Virus record (IMG/VR): IMGVR_UViG_3300021431_000083
Strand: one strand, 5' to 3'
From: a virus
Lineage: Duplodnaviria > Heunggongvirae > Uroviricota > Caudoviricetes
Length of the DNA: 64,000 nt
Below, piece after piece: positions 63,572 through 64,000 of the stretch. Positions within the stretch are counted from its first letter, which is position 1. Each line of letters starts with the position of its first letter. A program made the position numbers and the translations under genes. The notes beneath the pieces are model-generated. The model did no database searches. It saw only the letters and a program-made list of their open reading frames with translations, and was not told the DNA's origin.

Positions 63572-64000
63572 TTATTTTTCTCTTTCGTCAACAATATCAA
63601 ATAATCCAAAAGAAGCAATGGAATTTATGTCTTTTCCATTACCTATTTCATACATTGTTGCACTAAAATTATAAAGTCTGCGGCCAAGCACCGTGTCTGG
63701 GGTCATAGTAACACCATCTAGCATAACTATCATATTGCCTTCTGTCATTGACCTAAACAACTTAGGCTTACCATTATTTAATCAATCTTCAACCGCATCA
63801 CGATATTCACGCTCATAAAGTCAATCATTATTAGGTTTAATACTTTGACATTCTGCAGTATGTGGTAATATTGCCGCAGGATTGTATCTATAATTATAAT
63901 ATTCTTCACCAAAAATTTCTTGTTTTGGTAAAAATAATTCACCACTATCTTCTGTTGATATACGGCCAGAAATACTATAAGTATGATATTTTAATTTGGC
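63572..64000 (-). CDS. structural protein, 3' part only, needs code 4. It starts beyond the window edge.
   Basis: The track ORF 63572..63760 is preceded by an in-frame TGA. The frame stays open to position 64000. TAA stop. Confidence 0.45.

Noticed and set aside
35339-64000. Alternative explanations for the in-frame TGAs: code 25 (TGA read as Gly), selenocysteine, programmed read-through or frameshifting, or a pseudogenised or misassembled region
   Set aside because: The same conserved position is TGG in one repeat copy and TGA in another, and TGA sits at aromatic positions of the SHAEG repeat; Trp fits, not Gly. Dozens of TGAs per gene with no SECIS-like context rule out selenocysteine. Every piece stays in one frame for more than 8 kb with no TAA or TAG, which is inconsistent with decay or misassembly.
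1-64000. Possibility that the window is bacterial chromosome with an integrated prophage end or att site, with the tRNA genes as integration targets
   Set aside because: There is no integrase, no flanking host-like genes, and a uniform strand and promoter architecture throughout. The tRNAs are clustered with phage promoters and homing endonucleases, as in lytic phages. A boundary cannot be excluded beyond position 1, where GC content rises.

Overview
This 64-kb window looks like one contiguous stretch of a tailed-phage genome. GC is about 30% with a few GC-richer islands. Every gene I can support is on the minus strand, so transcription runs from 64000 toward 1.

The 0.2-35 kb part is an early/middle region. 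It holds many small ORFs, about 19 copies of one sigma70-type promoter module, an iteron array next to a ribbon-helix-helix gene, five tandem paralogs, and a SprT-like peptidase. It also carries an RNA-repair-like cassette (two ATP-dependent ligases, a P-loop kinase, two calcineurin-like phosphoesterases), a dCMP deaminase, an SPFH protein, a GT2 glycosyltransferase and a GIY-YIG endonuclease. At least 14 tRNA genes sit in two clusters, flanked by noncoding GC-richer islands that read like structured RNAs.

The 35-64 kb part holds virion genes: a tape measure protein, a collagen-like fibre, a giant modular fibre and a 1130-aa structural protein.

The central observation is gene-specific stop-codon recoding. 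The structural genes, and a few islands inside the early half, are open only if TGA is read as Trp (genetic code 4). The early genes contain no TGA at all, neither as sense codon nor as stop; all 25+ stops I checked are TAA or TAG. The same conserved Trp position is written TGG in one repeat copy and TGA in others.

Under code 4 the late region collapses into a few very long ORFs: about 2917 aa, 2857 aa, 1245 aa and 1130 aa. I checked many, but not all, of the piece-to-piece junctions for TAA/TAG. I found a tRNA-Trp(CCA) but could not locate a suppressor tRNA(UCA) by hand.

One tRNA gene appears to be split by a group-I-intron-like insertion of about 190 nt, with a PD-(D/E)XK-like ORF next to it.

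All coordinates were derived by hand from the printed sequence and may be off by a few bases. Functions are inferred from motifs only. No database searches were run.
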